DNA from: Candidatus Aldehydirespirator sp. | Lineage (GTDB): Bacteria > Actinomycetota > Acidimicrobiia > Acidimicrobiales > Aldehydirespiratoraceae | Direction: 5' to 3' | DNA length: 64,000 nucleotides | Assembly: GCA_965219165.1 (NCBI GenBank) | Contig: CBDCMW010000002.1 | Span: 422,706 to 486,705 of the forward strand | Shown: positions 44,018 to 52,292 of the stretch, in pieces | Layout: every line of letters begins with the position of its first letter | Numbering within the stretch: the first letter of the stretch is position 1 | Program-made: the position numbers and the translations under genes | Notes under the pieces: model-generated | What the model was told of the DNA's origin: nothing | What the model saw: the letters and a program-made list of their open reading frames with translations, nothing else | Database searches by the model: none

Positions 44018-45301
44018 CTAGCCGGCCGCGGCCATCTCGCGGGCGACCTCGGTTGCGGCGGCCACGGTGGCATCGATCTCTGCTTCGCCGTGGGCCAGTG
44101 AGGGGAAGATGGCCTCGTAGGCACCCGGCGCGAAGGCCACGCCGCGCCGCAGCATCCCGTGGAAAAAGGGGGGATAACGACCGTTATCGGCGGCCTTGCG
44201 GGCTTTGTCGAAGTCGGTTGGCGGGTCCTCCGCGAAGAACAGGCCCAGCAGCGGGCCCACGCGCGGCAGCACCGCGGCCACCCCGGCCGCGGCGAAGGCT
44301 CCGGCCATCCCCTCCTGCAGCGCCCTTGCCCGGGCCTCCAAGTCCCGATGGGCGTCGTCGTCGAGCAAGCCCAGCACCGCCAGTCCGGCCGCGGTGGCCA
44401 GCGGGTTCCCCGACAGGGTGCCGGCCTGGTACACGCCGCCCAGGGGCGCGAGCCCAGACATGATCTCGGTCGATGCGCCGAAGGCGCCCACCGGCAGCCC
44501 GCCCCCGATGACCTTGCCGAAGCACCAGATGTCGGGCTGCACTCCGTACCACTGGGCGGCCCCGCCCCGGCACAGCCGGAATCCGGTGATCACCTCGTCG
44601 AACAGCAGCAGGGCGTCGACCTCGTCGCAGGCGTGGCGCAGGCCCTGCAGGAAGCCGGGCTGCGGCGCCACCAGGCCCATGTTGGCCGCCACCGGCTCCA
44701 CGCACACCACCGCTACCGTCTCGTCGAGCTCGGGGACCACGTTGTAGGGGGCGACGATGGTGTCGGCCACCGCCCCCGCGGTCACGCCCTCGGATCCGGC
44801 CAGGCCCTGCTGGGCCACACCTGAGCCTCCCGCCACCAGCAGGGAGTCGCTGTGGCCGTGGTAGCAGCCCGCGAACTTCACCACCGTCGGGCGCCCGGTC
44901 ACGCCCCGGGCCAGCCGCACTGCCGACATCACCGCCTCGGTGCCGCTGTTGGTGAGCCTCACCATCTCCAAGCCCTCCACCCGGGCGCACATCTCCTCGG
45001 CCATCAGCACCTCGTCGCGTGTGGGTGCCCCGTAGCTGGTGCCTCGCCCCGCCGCCTGCCGCACGGCCTCGACCACTACAGGGTGGGCGTGGCCGCAGAT
45101 GCCCGGGCCGTAACTCTGCACGTAGTCGATGTAGCGACGACCTTCCACGTCGTACACGAACGGGCCGGAAGCCTCGGCCACGAAGTAGGGAGTGCCCCCC
45201 ACCGACCCGAAGGCCCGCACCGGCGAGTTGACCCCGCCGGGAATCACCCGCTGGGCCCGCTCGAACAGCGCCTCGTTGGTGTCGGCCCCGCTCGCGGTCA
45301 T
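44018..45301 (-). CDS. hemL: Glutamate-1-semialdehyde 2,1-aminomutase
   Basis: 427 aa. GGVNSPVRAF, NSGTEAVMSAVRLARG, FDEVITGFR, FGKVIGGGLPVGAFG (PLP Lys). Confidence 0.93.
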   Translation of the reverse strand: MTASGADTNEALFERAQRVIPGGVNSPVRAFGSVGGTPYFVAEASGPFVYDVEGRRYIDYVQSYGPGICGHAHPVVVEAVRQAAGRGTSYGAPTRDEVLMAEEMCARVEGLEMVRLTNSGTEAVMSAVRLARGVTGRPTVVKFAGCYHGHSDSLLVAGGSGVAQQGLAGSEGVTAGAVADTIVAPYNVVPELDETVAVVCVEPVAANMGLVAPQPGFLQGLRHACDEVDALLLFDEVITGFRLCRGGAAQWYGVQPDIWCFGKVIGGGLPVGAFGASTEIMSGLAPLGGVYQAGTLSGNPLATAAGLAVLGLLDDDAHRDLEARARALQEGMAGAFAAAGVAAVLPRVGPLLGLFFAEDPPTDFDKARKAADNGRYPPFFHGMLRRGVAFAPGAYEAIFPSLAHGEAEIDATVAAATEVAREMAAAG

Positions 45302-45455
45302 CGCACCGCCTCACCAGAACTCGGTCGAGAAATGCGCCCTATAGGCACAAAATCAGCACCGAGATTCTGTGGAGGGTCGCTGCGGCGGCCGCCCGGCTGC
45401 GGGCTGCTCGCCCCGCTAGCGGTGTCAGTCTCGACGGTGCTGTCCCCGCCGGCGC

Positions 45456-46436
45456 TCATTGCATGGCCTGGGCCAGGCGGCGGGCGAAGTAGGTGAGCAC
45501 CACGTCGGCGCCGGCCCGCCGGATGGCGAGCACGTGCTCGTGCGCCACCGCGTCGAGGTCGAGCCAGCCCCGCTCGGCCGCGGCGCACACCATGGTGTAC
45601 TCGCCCGATACGTGGTAGGCGGCCAGCGGCACGTCGAAGGTGCGCCGGACCGCCGAGATCACATCGAGAAAGGCCAGCGCGGGCTTCACCATCACCATGT
45701 CGGCGCCCTCGGCCACATCCAGGCGGATCTCCTCGATGGCCTCCCGGGCACCGGCCACGTCCTGCTGGTAGGTCCGGCGGTCGCCCCCGCCCGCGATGGT
45801 CACGCCCACCGCGTCGCGGAACGGCCCGTACAGCGCGGTGGCGTACTTGGCCGAGTAGGCGAGGATGGCGGTCTGCTCGAAGCCCGCGCCGTCGAGGGCA
45901 CCCCGGATGGTGCCGACCTGGCCGTCCATCATCCCCGACGGGGCCACGATGTCAGCCCCGGCGACAGCCTGGGCCAAAGCGATGCGGGCGTAGACCTCGA
46001 GGGTGGCGTCGTTGTCCACGCCGCCGCGGCCGTCGAGCACGCCGCAGTGGCCGTGGTCGGTGTACTCGTCCATGCACAGATCCGCGATCAGCACCATGTC
46101 GTCGCCGAAGTCCGAGCGCAGGTCGGCCAGCGCCACCTGCACGATCCCGTCGGGATTCCAGGCCTCCGAGCCGATGTGGTCCTTGCGCTCCGGCACGCCG
46201 AACAGCACCACCGCCCCGATCCCGAGGGCGTGCAGCTCGGCTACCTCGGCCCGCAGCGACTGGCGGGTGTGCTGGAACTGCCCCGGCATCGACACGATGG
46301 GCTGCAGTTCGTCGATGCCCTCGCGCACGAACAGCGGCGCGATGAAGTCCGCGGGGTTGAGCCGGTGCTCGGCCACGAGCCGCCGCAGGGCCGGAGTCCG
46401 GCGCAGCCGACGCATGCGCCGCTGCGGGAAGTTCAC
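45456..46436 (-). CDS. hemB: Porphobilinogen synthase (delta-aminolevulinate dehydratase)
   Basis: 326 aa. RRLRRTPALRRLV, DIVAPSGMMDG, VMVKPALAFLD (Schiff-base Lys) and AYHVSGEY motifs. Confidence 0.93.
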   Translation of the reverse strand: MNFPQRRMRRLRRTPALRRLVAEHRLNPADFIAPLFVREGIDELQPIVSMPGQFQHTRQSLRAEVAELHALGIGAVVLFGVPERKDHIGSEAWNPDGIVQVALADLRSDFGDDMVLIADLCMDEYTDHGHCGVLDGRGGVDNDATLEVYARIALAQAVAGADIVAPSGMMDGQVGTIRGALDGAGFEQTAILAYSAKYATALYGPFRDAVGVTIAGGGDRRTYQQDVAGAREAIEEIRLDVAEGADMVMVKPALAFLDVISAVRRTFDVPLAAYHVSGEYTMVCAAAERGWLDLDAVAHEHVLAIRRAGADVVLTYFARRLAQAMQ

Positions 46437-46445
46437 CCCGCGAGA

Positions 46446-47237
46446 CTACCCAGCGCCGTCGGGCGCCAGCCACGACCGGGCGTGGCGGACCAGTGCGGCG
46501 ACGACTCCGTCGATGGTGTGCTCGGCGGCCTCCACCGTGACTTCCAGGCCGTGCTCGGCCGCGGTGGCCGACGTGGCCGGGCCGATGGACGCCACCAGGG
46601 GCGGGACCGCTTCGGCGCCGAGTTCGGCCACCAGGCGCTTGACCGTCGACGACGACGTGAACACCACACCGTCGGAGGCGGCCGCCGCCCGGCGCTGGTC
46701 GTCGCTGAGCCGGGCGGCCACGTTGCGGTAGGCGGCCACGTCCAACACCTCCCATCCCGCGGCCCGCAGGCTGTCGGGGAGCACGGGGCGGGCCACCGCG
46801 GCCCGGGCCAGCACCACGAGGCTGCCGCGTTGCGGATCGGGGGACGGGAACGCCTGCACCAGGCCCTCGGCAATCGACCGGTCGGGCATCAGGCGCACGG
46901 TCAGTCCCACTCCCGCGGCCCGGTCCGCGGTCCCCGGTCCGATGGCGGCCACGTTCACTCCGTCGGGCAGCGGTCCGACGGCCGCGGCCCGCTCCGCGCC
47001 GTTGGGGCTGGTGACCACTAGCCAGTCTCCCCGGCTGAGCCGGGCCAGCGCGGCCCGCAGCGCGGCACCGCCGTCCGCGGGGTCCGTGATGGCGATCACC
47101 GGGGCGCTGACCACCTCGGCGCCGACCGCGGCCAGACCGTCGGCCAACGTCTGAGCCTGCTCGCGGGGCCGGCACACCACGATCCTGAGCCCGGCCAGCG
47201 GCTTGGGCGCATGGGGCCGGGGCCGCCGCGGGCTCAT
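46446..47237 (-). CDS. hemD: Uroporphyrinogen-III synthase
   Basis: 263 aa. HEM4-like two-lobe pattern (LAGLRIVVCRP..., WLVVTSPNGA, VVFTSSSTV). Sits between hemC and hemB. Confidence 0.8.
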   Translation of the reverse strand: MSPRRPRPHAPKPLAGLRIVVCRPREQAQTLADGLAAVGAEVVSAPVIAITDPADGGAALRAALARLSRGDWLVVTSPNGAERAAAVGPLPDGVNVAAIGPGTADRAAGVGLTVRLMPDRSIAEGLVQAFPSPDPQRGSLVVLARAAVARPVLPDSLRAAGWEVLDVAAYRNVAARLSDDQRRAAAASDGVVFTSSSTVKRLVAELGAEAVPPLVASIGPATSATAAEHGLEVTVEAAEHTIDGVVAALVRHARSWLAPDGAG

Positions 47238-47330
47238 CGGGCGGTCCCCAGTCGTCGCGGGCTCATCGGGCGGTCCCCAGTCGTCGCGGGCTCATCGGGC
47301 GGATCCCAGTCGTCGCTGGTTCATCGGGCG
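47229..47330 (-). repeat. Tandem array, 3 x 29 bp, between the hemC stop and the hemD start
   Basis: Minus-strand ATGA at 47324, 47295 and 47266, then at 47237 (hemD ATG), with exact 29-bp spacing. Units encode MNQRRLGSAR / MSPRRLGTAR x2. Confidence 0.95.
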
Positions 47331-48226
47331 GATCCCAGCAGCGCCCGGCCGCCGCAGTCGTCCAGCAGGTGCCGGGCCACGGCGCGGCCCAGGGTCTCGG
47401 GGTCGCGGCCGCGGCGGGTGTCACGGATCAGCACCCCGCCATCGAGCGACGCCAGCAGGCCCGTCAGCTCCAGGGCGTCGCCGGAGCCGGTGGTGGCGTG
47501 AGCGCCCGCGGGCAGGCTGCAATCGCCGCCCAGCTCGGCCAGGAAGGCCCTCTCCGCGTCGACGGCCCGCCGGCTCGGCTGATGCTCTATGGCGATCAGC
47601 GTCTCGAGCACTGCCCGATTGTCGGCTCGGCATTCCAGCGCGATGGCTCCTTGCCCGACCTGGGGCACGAAGACGTCCGGCTCGAGTACGTCGAGCACCT
47701 CCGGCGCGAGTCCCAACCGGTGCAGAGCCACCGCGGCCATGACGATGGCGTCGAAGGCGGCTGCCCGCTCCAGCCGGGTGGCGATGTTGCCCCGCAACTC
47801 CGCGAAGGCCAGGTCAGGCCGCAGCCAGGCGAGCTGGGCCTTGCGTCTCGCCGAGCCGGTGGCCACCGTCGCGCCGGGCGGCAGCTCGTCGAGCGCTGCG
47901 CCCACCAGCGCGTCTCGGGGATCGCCGCGCCTCGGCACTGCCGCCAGCACCAGGCCCTCGGGCGTCGACGACGGCAGGTCCTTGGCCGAGTGCACCGCGA
48001 TGTCGGCCCGGCCGTCGAGCACCGCGGCCTGCACCTCCTTCACGAACACGCCCTTGCCGCCCATCTCCGCGATGGGCGTGTCGGCTCGGCGGTCCCCCGC
48101 GGTGGACACCACGACCGGCTCCGTCGCAACCCCGCAAGCCTCGGCCAACAGCCCGGCCACGATGCCGGTCTGACAGCGGGCCAGAGCACTGCCCCGGGTC
48201 GCGGCCCGCAGCACCACAGCGGTCAC
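47321..48226 (-). CDS. hemC: Hydroxymethylbilane synthase (porphobilinogen deaminase)
   Basis: 301 aa. ATRGSALARCQT, DIAVHSAKDLP, LRGNIATRL and the cofactor Cys region GGDCSLPAGA. Confidence 0.92.
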   Translation of the reverse strand: MTAVVLRAATRGSALARCQTGIVAGLLAEACGVATEPVVVSTAGDRRADTPIAEMGGKGVFVKEVQAAVLDGRADIAVHSAKDLPSSTPEGLVLAAVPRRGDPRDALVGAALDELPPGATVATGSARRKAQLAWLRPDLAFAELRGNIATRLERAAAFDAIVMAAVALHRLGLAPEVLDVLEPDVFVPQVGQGAIALECRADNRAVLETLIAIEHQPSRRAVDAERAFLAELGGDCSLPAGAHATTGSGDALELTGLLASLDGGVLIRDTRRGRDPETLGRAVARHLLDDCGGRALLGSAR

Positions 48227-48238
48227 GGTTCCGGCGTT

Positions 48239-48339
48239 AAGAGGCCGAGCGGACAGGCCGGAGTTTCACGAGCATTTCGCGAGGCGCTGAGCGAGGCCGT
48301 GGCCCGAGCGGCCCGTGAGCGCAGCGAACAAGAGCGGGA
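48239..48339 (+). repeat. Dispersed repeat family copy (block1 + block2) in the hemA-hemC intergenic region
   Basis: aagaggccgagcggacaggcc...gagcggcccgtgagcgcagcgaacaagagcggga. Its reverse complement aligns over ~100 nt with 28845-28945. Confidence 0.85.
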
Positions 48340-48384
48340 AGCAGTAATGCTGCACCATAAGGGGGTGACCCATCCGCGCGGCCC

Positions 48385-49644
48385 CTACAGGTCGAACAGG
48401 TCGCGCAGCGCCTCGGCCAGGCGGTCGCCCCGGGCGTGGCCGGCCGCGTCCTTGAGCCTCACCGTCGGCTCGTGGAGCAGCTTGTTCACGACGCCGTGCA
48501 GCAGAGACTCCACCGCGGCGCGCTGAGCGGGCGAGAGATCAGCGAGGCGGGCCGCATGGCGGTCCAGCTCGCCCGCGCTGAGCCGGTCGGCGCGGCCCCG
48601 CAGGGCCGCGATGAGCGGTGCGACCTCCCGGGCCGACGCTTCGGCCAGGTAGAGCTCCACCTCGTCATCGACGATGACTCGCACCGAGTCGGTCTCCTGG
48701 TGGCGGCCTGCCCGTTCCTGCTCCACGAATGCGCCCAGGTCGTCCATGTCGAGCAGGGTCACGCCGGGCAGTCCCCGAGCGTCGGGGTCGACGTCGCGGG
48801 GCACGGCCACGTCGACGATCAACAGCTCTGCACCGTTGCGCCGGGTCATGACGTCGTCGATGTCGCTGTGCTCGAGGACTATGTCGGTGGCCCCGGTGGT
48901 GGTGATGGCCACGTCGGCGCCCACGAGAGCGGAGTCGAGGTCGGCCAGGGCCACGGCCCGCCCGCCGCACAGCCGCGCCGCGGCCACGGCCCGCTCCGGT
49001 GTGCGGCTGGCCACCGCTATGTCGCGGGGGTCGGCGTCGGCCAGGGACTTGAGGGTGCCGGCAGCCACGTCGCCCGCGCCCAGCACGAGCACCCGCCGGC
49101 CGGCAAGGCCTCCGAGCCGCTCGGCGGCCAGGGCCACCGCGGCATGCGACAGCGAGGCGATGCCCCGGGCGATGCCGGTTTCGGAACGGGCCCGCTTGCC
49201 GGTCTCCACCGCCCGGCGGAACAGGGGCTCGAGCACCGCGCCGACGGTGCCCTCGGTTCGGGCGGCCTGCCATGCGTCGCGTACCTGGCCCAGCACCTCG
49301 TGCTCGCCCACCACTACGGAGTCGAGCCCGGCGGCCACGCTGAACAGGTGCCGCACCGCGTCGGCGTCGTGATGGGAGTAGAGCTCGTCGCCGACGGTCT
49401 CGGGGGGCAACCCCGAATGGCGGGCCAGCAACTCCCGGATGTCCGCGTAGCCGCCGTGGAAACGCTCGGCGTAGGCGTAGACCTCGATGCGGTTGCAGGT
49501 GGACAGCAGCACCGACTCGCTGAGATGCTCGGCCGTGGCGAGGTCGTGGAGGGCCTTGGGGAGGTCATCGGGCGCGACCGTCATCCGCTCGAGCAGGCCG
49601 AGCGGCGTGGAACGGTGATTGCATCCCACGACTACGAGCGACAC
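48385..49644 (-). CDS. hemA: Glutamyl-tRNA reductase
   Basis: 419 aa. SLVVVGCNHRS, LSTCNRIEVY (catalytic Cys), NADPH fold VLVLGAGDVA. Confidence 0.92.
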   Translation of the reverse strand: MSLVVVGCNHRSTPLGLLERMTVAPDDLPKALHDLATAEHLSESVLLSTCNRIEVYAYAERFHGGYADIRELLARHSGLPPETVGDELYSHHDADAVRHLFSVAAGLDSVVVGEHEVLGQVRDAWQAARTEGTVGAVLEPLFRRAVETGKRARSETGIARGIASLSHAAVALAAERLGGLAGRRVLVLGAGDVAAGTLKSLADADPRDIAVASRTPERAVAAARLCGGRAVALADLDSALVGADVAITTTGATDIVLEHSDIDDVMTRRNGAELLIVDVAVPRDVDPDARGLPGVTLLDMDDLGAFVEQERAGRHQETDSVRVIVDDEVELYLAEASAREVAPLIAALRGRADRLSAGELDRHAARLADLSPAQRAAVESLLHGVVNKLLHEPTVRLKDAAGHARGDRLAEALRDLFDL

Positions 49645-49684
49645 TGGATCGGATGCTATCGCCGCCAGGCGGGCGGCGGTCGGG

Positions 49685-49774
49685 TCAGCGGGCCAGGAAG
49701 AAGAGCTGCAGTACCCCGGCCACGACGATCACGGCGAGCAGCGCCACGATGACGATGGTGGTTCCCGGTCTCAT
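49685..49774 (-). CDS. 29-aa hydrophobic peptide (putative)
   Basis: MRPGTTIVIVALLAVIVVAGVLQLFFLAR. Its ATG overlaps the stop of the upstream SAM-hydrolase gene (ATGA at 49774-49771). Too short to validate. Confidence 0.3.
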   Translation of the reverse strand: MRPGTTIVIVALLAVIVVAGVLQLFFLAR

Positions 49775-50727
49775 TGCTGGCCCCCCTGATCGTGCCGACC
49801 GGTGGACGCTCCGGTCCGGCGGCTCAGCCCCACCGGTGTGGTCACGACCGGCGGGCTGCCAGTCTGGCGCTCTGTGGCCGACACCGTGGTGAGGCGCACC
49901 TCGGCTCCCTCGTGAAGCCCGAGCTCGTCGGCTGCGGATCGTCTCGGCAGGGCCAGCGACACCAGCCCGCTCGAATCGGTGATCAGGCCGACGCGGCCCG
50001 GTTGCACGTCGGCGTAGGCGCGGGCCCGTTCGGCCGTCCGCAGATCGTCGCCGGCCGCTACTTGCAGCGGCGCCCCGGCCGCGGCCATCTCGTCCACTTC
50101 GGCGGGTTCGACGTTGAGTTGGCAGTTGCCGAAGCGGTCCACCCACAGCACTTCGGCCACCAGGTCGTCGCCGTCGCGGTGGCTGACCGGCAGCATGCCG
50201 GGCGTCAGCGTGGCCGGGTCGATGGCCGGCCCCAGGGTGCCGAGGGGCACCCCGCAGCAGAGATGGGCGGCTGCGGGGGCGAACACGTCACGGCCGTCGA
50301 ACGTCGGTCCCAGCTCAGGTTGGGTGTCGAGCCGGAGGTCGGGGTTGGCTATCTCCACGGCTCGGCTGGCGCCGCCGACGAGGGCGACCGCGGGGGCCAG
50401 CAGCCCGTTGTCCGGTCCGACCAGCACCGAGGCGCCGTCCCCCACCTCCACCGCCACCGGGCGGCGGTCGGTGCCCACACCGGGATCAACCACTGCCAGG
50501 ACCACGCCGGGCATGAGATACTGCGCGGCCCGGGCCAGCGCCAGCCCACCGGCCCGCACGTTGAAGGGCGCGATGCCGTGGGTCACGTCCACCACCCGCA
50601 CATGGGGCGCTATGGACGCGACAACCGAGTGCACCACCCCGACGAACTCGTCGTCGTGGCCGTAGTCCGACAGGAACGAGACCGTGTCGTAGTCGTGGCC
50701 GGAGCCGGCCGATGCCGATGGGGTCAC
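49771..50727 (-). CDS. SAM hydrolase / SAM-dependent halogenase family protein (DUF62)
   Basis: GTG 50727 overlaps the proC stop (GTGA). Pattern VSFLSDYGHDDEFVGVVHSV...VDVTH...AVVDPGVGT...VGPDNGLL typical of the family. Confidence 0.8.
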   Translation of the reverse strand: MTPSASAGSGHDYDTVSFLSDYGHDDEFVGVVHSVVASIAPHVRVVDVTHGIAPFNVRAGGLALARAAQYLMPGVVLAVVDPGVGTDRRPVAVEVGDGASVLVGPDNGLLAPAVALVGGASRAVEIANPDLRLDTQPELGPTFDGRDVFAPAAAHLCCGVPLGTLGPAIDPATLTPGMLPVSHRDGDDLVAEVLWVDRFGNCQLNVEPAEVDEMAAAGAPLQVAAGDDLRTAERARAYADVQPGRVGLITDSSGLVSLALPRRSAADELGLHEGAEVRLTTVSATERQTGSPPVVTTPVGLSRRTGASTGRHDQGGQQ

Positions 50728-51521
50728 TGGCCCAGCTCGCGGGAGCGCCGTGTGGCTGCGTCCACCACCCGGTCGATCAGGCCCATGAAGTCGGCGTCGT
50801 CGAGCACGGCCAGGCCTGCGGCGGTGGTGCCGCCTGGGGAGGTGACGTTCTCGCGTAGGCGCCCAGGGGCCTCCCTGGACTCGGTCAGCAGGGTCGAGGC
50901 CCCCAGCAGCGTCTGGCGGACCAGGGCGTCGGCTACCGCCGGGTCGAGGCCCTGTGCGATGCCGGCGGCCCGCAGCGCCTCGGCCAGCCGGAACAGGTAG
51001 GCGGGTCCGCTGCCCGACAGGCCGGTCACTGCGTCGAGGTCGGCCTCGTCGACCACAACCACTGTGCCCACCGCCTCGAGGATCCGGCGGGCCCACTCCA
51101 GGTCTTCCGACGACGCCGCTGATCCGGGCGCGATGGCGGCTGCACCCTGGCCGACCAGAGCCGGTGTGTTGGGCATGGCCCGCACCACCGGAGTTCCCGC
51201 CGGCAGGCCGGCCTCGATGGCGTCGGTGCGCACCCCGGCCGCGATGCACAGCACCCGTCCGGTGCCGGCCGCGGCCAGCGCAGGCAGCACCGCGGCCACC
51301 ACGTCGGGCTTCACCGCGATCACCGAGTCCGTCCCCGGGACCGGCTCGCTCGACACCGACACCCCCGGCACCGCGGCCAAGACCGCGTCCTGGCGTGAGG
51401 GGTCGGGCTCGACCACGTGGAGCTCGTCGGCGGAGGCCCAGCCGCTGGCCGTCAGGCCCACCAGCAGGGCCTCGCCCATCTTGCCGCCACCGATCACCTG
51501 CACCCGGACCATGGCGATCAT
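50724..51521 (-). CDS. proC: Pyrroline-5-carboxylate reductase
   Basis: Start at Met 51521 or 51512; track ORF extends to 51635 through a repeat. VQVIGGGKMGEAL, RAMPNTPALVGQGA and VTSPGGTTAAGL motifs. Confidence 0.88.
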   Translation of the reverse strand: MIAMVRVQVIGGGKMGEALLVGLTASGWASADELHVVEPDPSRQDAVLAAVPGVSVSSEPVPGTDSVIAVKPDVVAAVLPALAAAGTGRVLCIAAGVRTDAIEAGLPAGTPVVRAMPNTPALVGQGAAAIAPGSAASSEDLEWARRILEAVGTVVVVDEADLDAVTGLSGSGPAYLFRLAEALRAAGIAQGLDPAVADALVRQTLLGASTLLTESREAPGRLRENVTSPGGTTAAGLAVLDDADFMGLIDRVVDAATRRSRELGQ

Positions 51522-51524
51522 GCT

Positions 51525-51578
51525 AAGAGGCCGAGCGGATAGGCCGCGGCTCGCGAACGAATCCGCGGGCTGTGAGCG
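51525..51578 (+). repeat. Dispersed repeat family, partial copy upstream of proC
   Basis: aagaggccgagcggataggccgcggctcgcgaacgaatccgcgggctgtgagcg. Block 1 is identical in 17/18 nt to 48239-48256. Confidence 0.75.
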
Positions 51579-51707
51579 GCGTGCTGTCTTTGGTGTCCCG
51601 AAATCTGTAGAGAAACGCGTCGTATGCGAGCACAATCCGTGCAGATTTGGTGAGAGACCACAGACCCATCGGTGGATTCAGGCTAAGGGGCCGACACCGG
51701 GGGGCGA

Positions 51708-52190
51708 TCAGGCTCTGACGCCTCGTATGGCGCGGCCGGTGGTGCCCGCGGGCAGCAGGCCCGCATGGGCGTCGGCGTCGGCTCGCAGCACGGCGTAGAG
51801 ATTGTCGGCCATGGGCATCACTCGGTCGATGTTGGTGTCGACGTGCAGCATCATCGACTCCTGTGTCGCCGCGAGCGCTTCGTCGGTGCTGAGTCGCAGC
51901 TCGTGGAAGAGGTGGACCCGTTTGGGGTCGGCTCCGGCGACCGTGGTGTCCACCGCCAGCGGAGTTTCCGGGGCCAGCTCGTCGAGGAAGGTGATGTGGG
52001 TCTCCACCGTGTAGAACGAGCCGCCGGTCGCGGTTCGGTAGTGCTCGTCGAAGCCCATGCGGATCAGGTACTCGTCGCTGGCCATGCCGAACACGACGCC
52101 GTAGAAGCCCTCGCTCATGTGGCCGTTGTAGTCGATCCACTCGTCGAGAACGGTGCCCGACCAGATGCGCAGCGCGGCACGCTCAGTCAT
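51708..52190 (-). CDS. Hotdog-fold acyl-CoA thioesterase (4HBT/YbgC-like)
   Basis: 160 aa. Pattern DYNGHMSEGFY...TVETHITFLDE typical of 4HBT-type thioesterases. Confidence 0.7.
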   Translation of the reverse strand: MTERAALRIWSGTVLDEWIDYNGHMSEGFYGVVFGMASDEYLIRMGFDEHYRTATGGSFYTVETHITFLDELAPETPLAVDTTVAGADPKRVHLFHELRLSTDEALAATQESMMLHVDTNIDRVMPMADNLYAVLRADADAHAGLLPAGTTGRAIRGVRA

Positions 52191-52292
52191 GGCCGCGAGT
52201 CTAGAGAGCCCGGCTCTTGCACGATTCGTCAGTAGTGATGCTCGATATTGGAGTGCAACTACTGAAAGATCCGGAAATATCCAGCGGAGGGG

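Noticed and set aside
47203-47742. 179-aa plus-strand ORF spanning the hemD/hemC junction repeats
   Set aside because: It is antisense to hemC and hemD, and its Arg/Pro/Gly-rich periodic peptide is produced by the 29-bp repeat.
48239-48258. Block 1 of the dispersed repeat (GAGGCCGAGCGGATAGGC) resembles a tRNA-Ser/Leu D-arm
   Set aside because: No anticodon or T-arm follows in any copy. The similarity is limited to ~12 nt.
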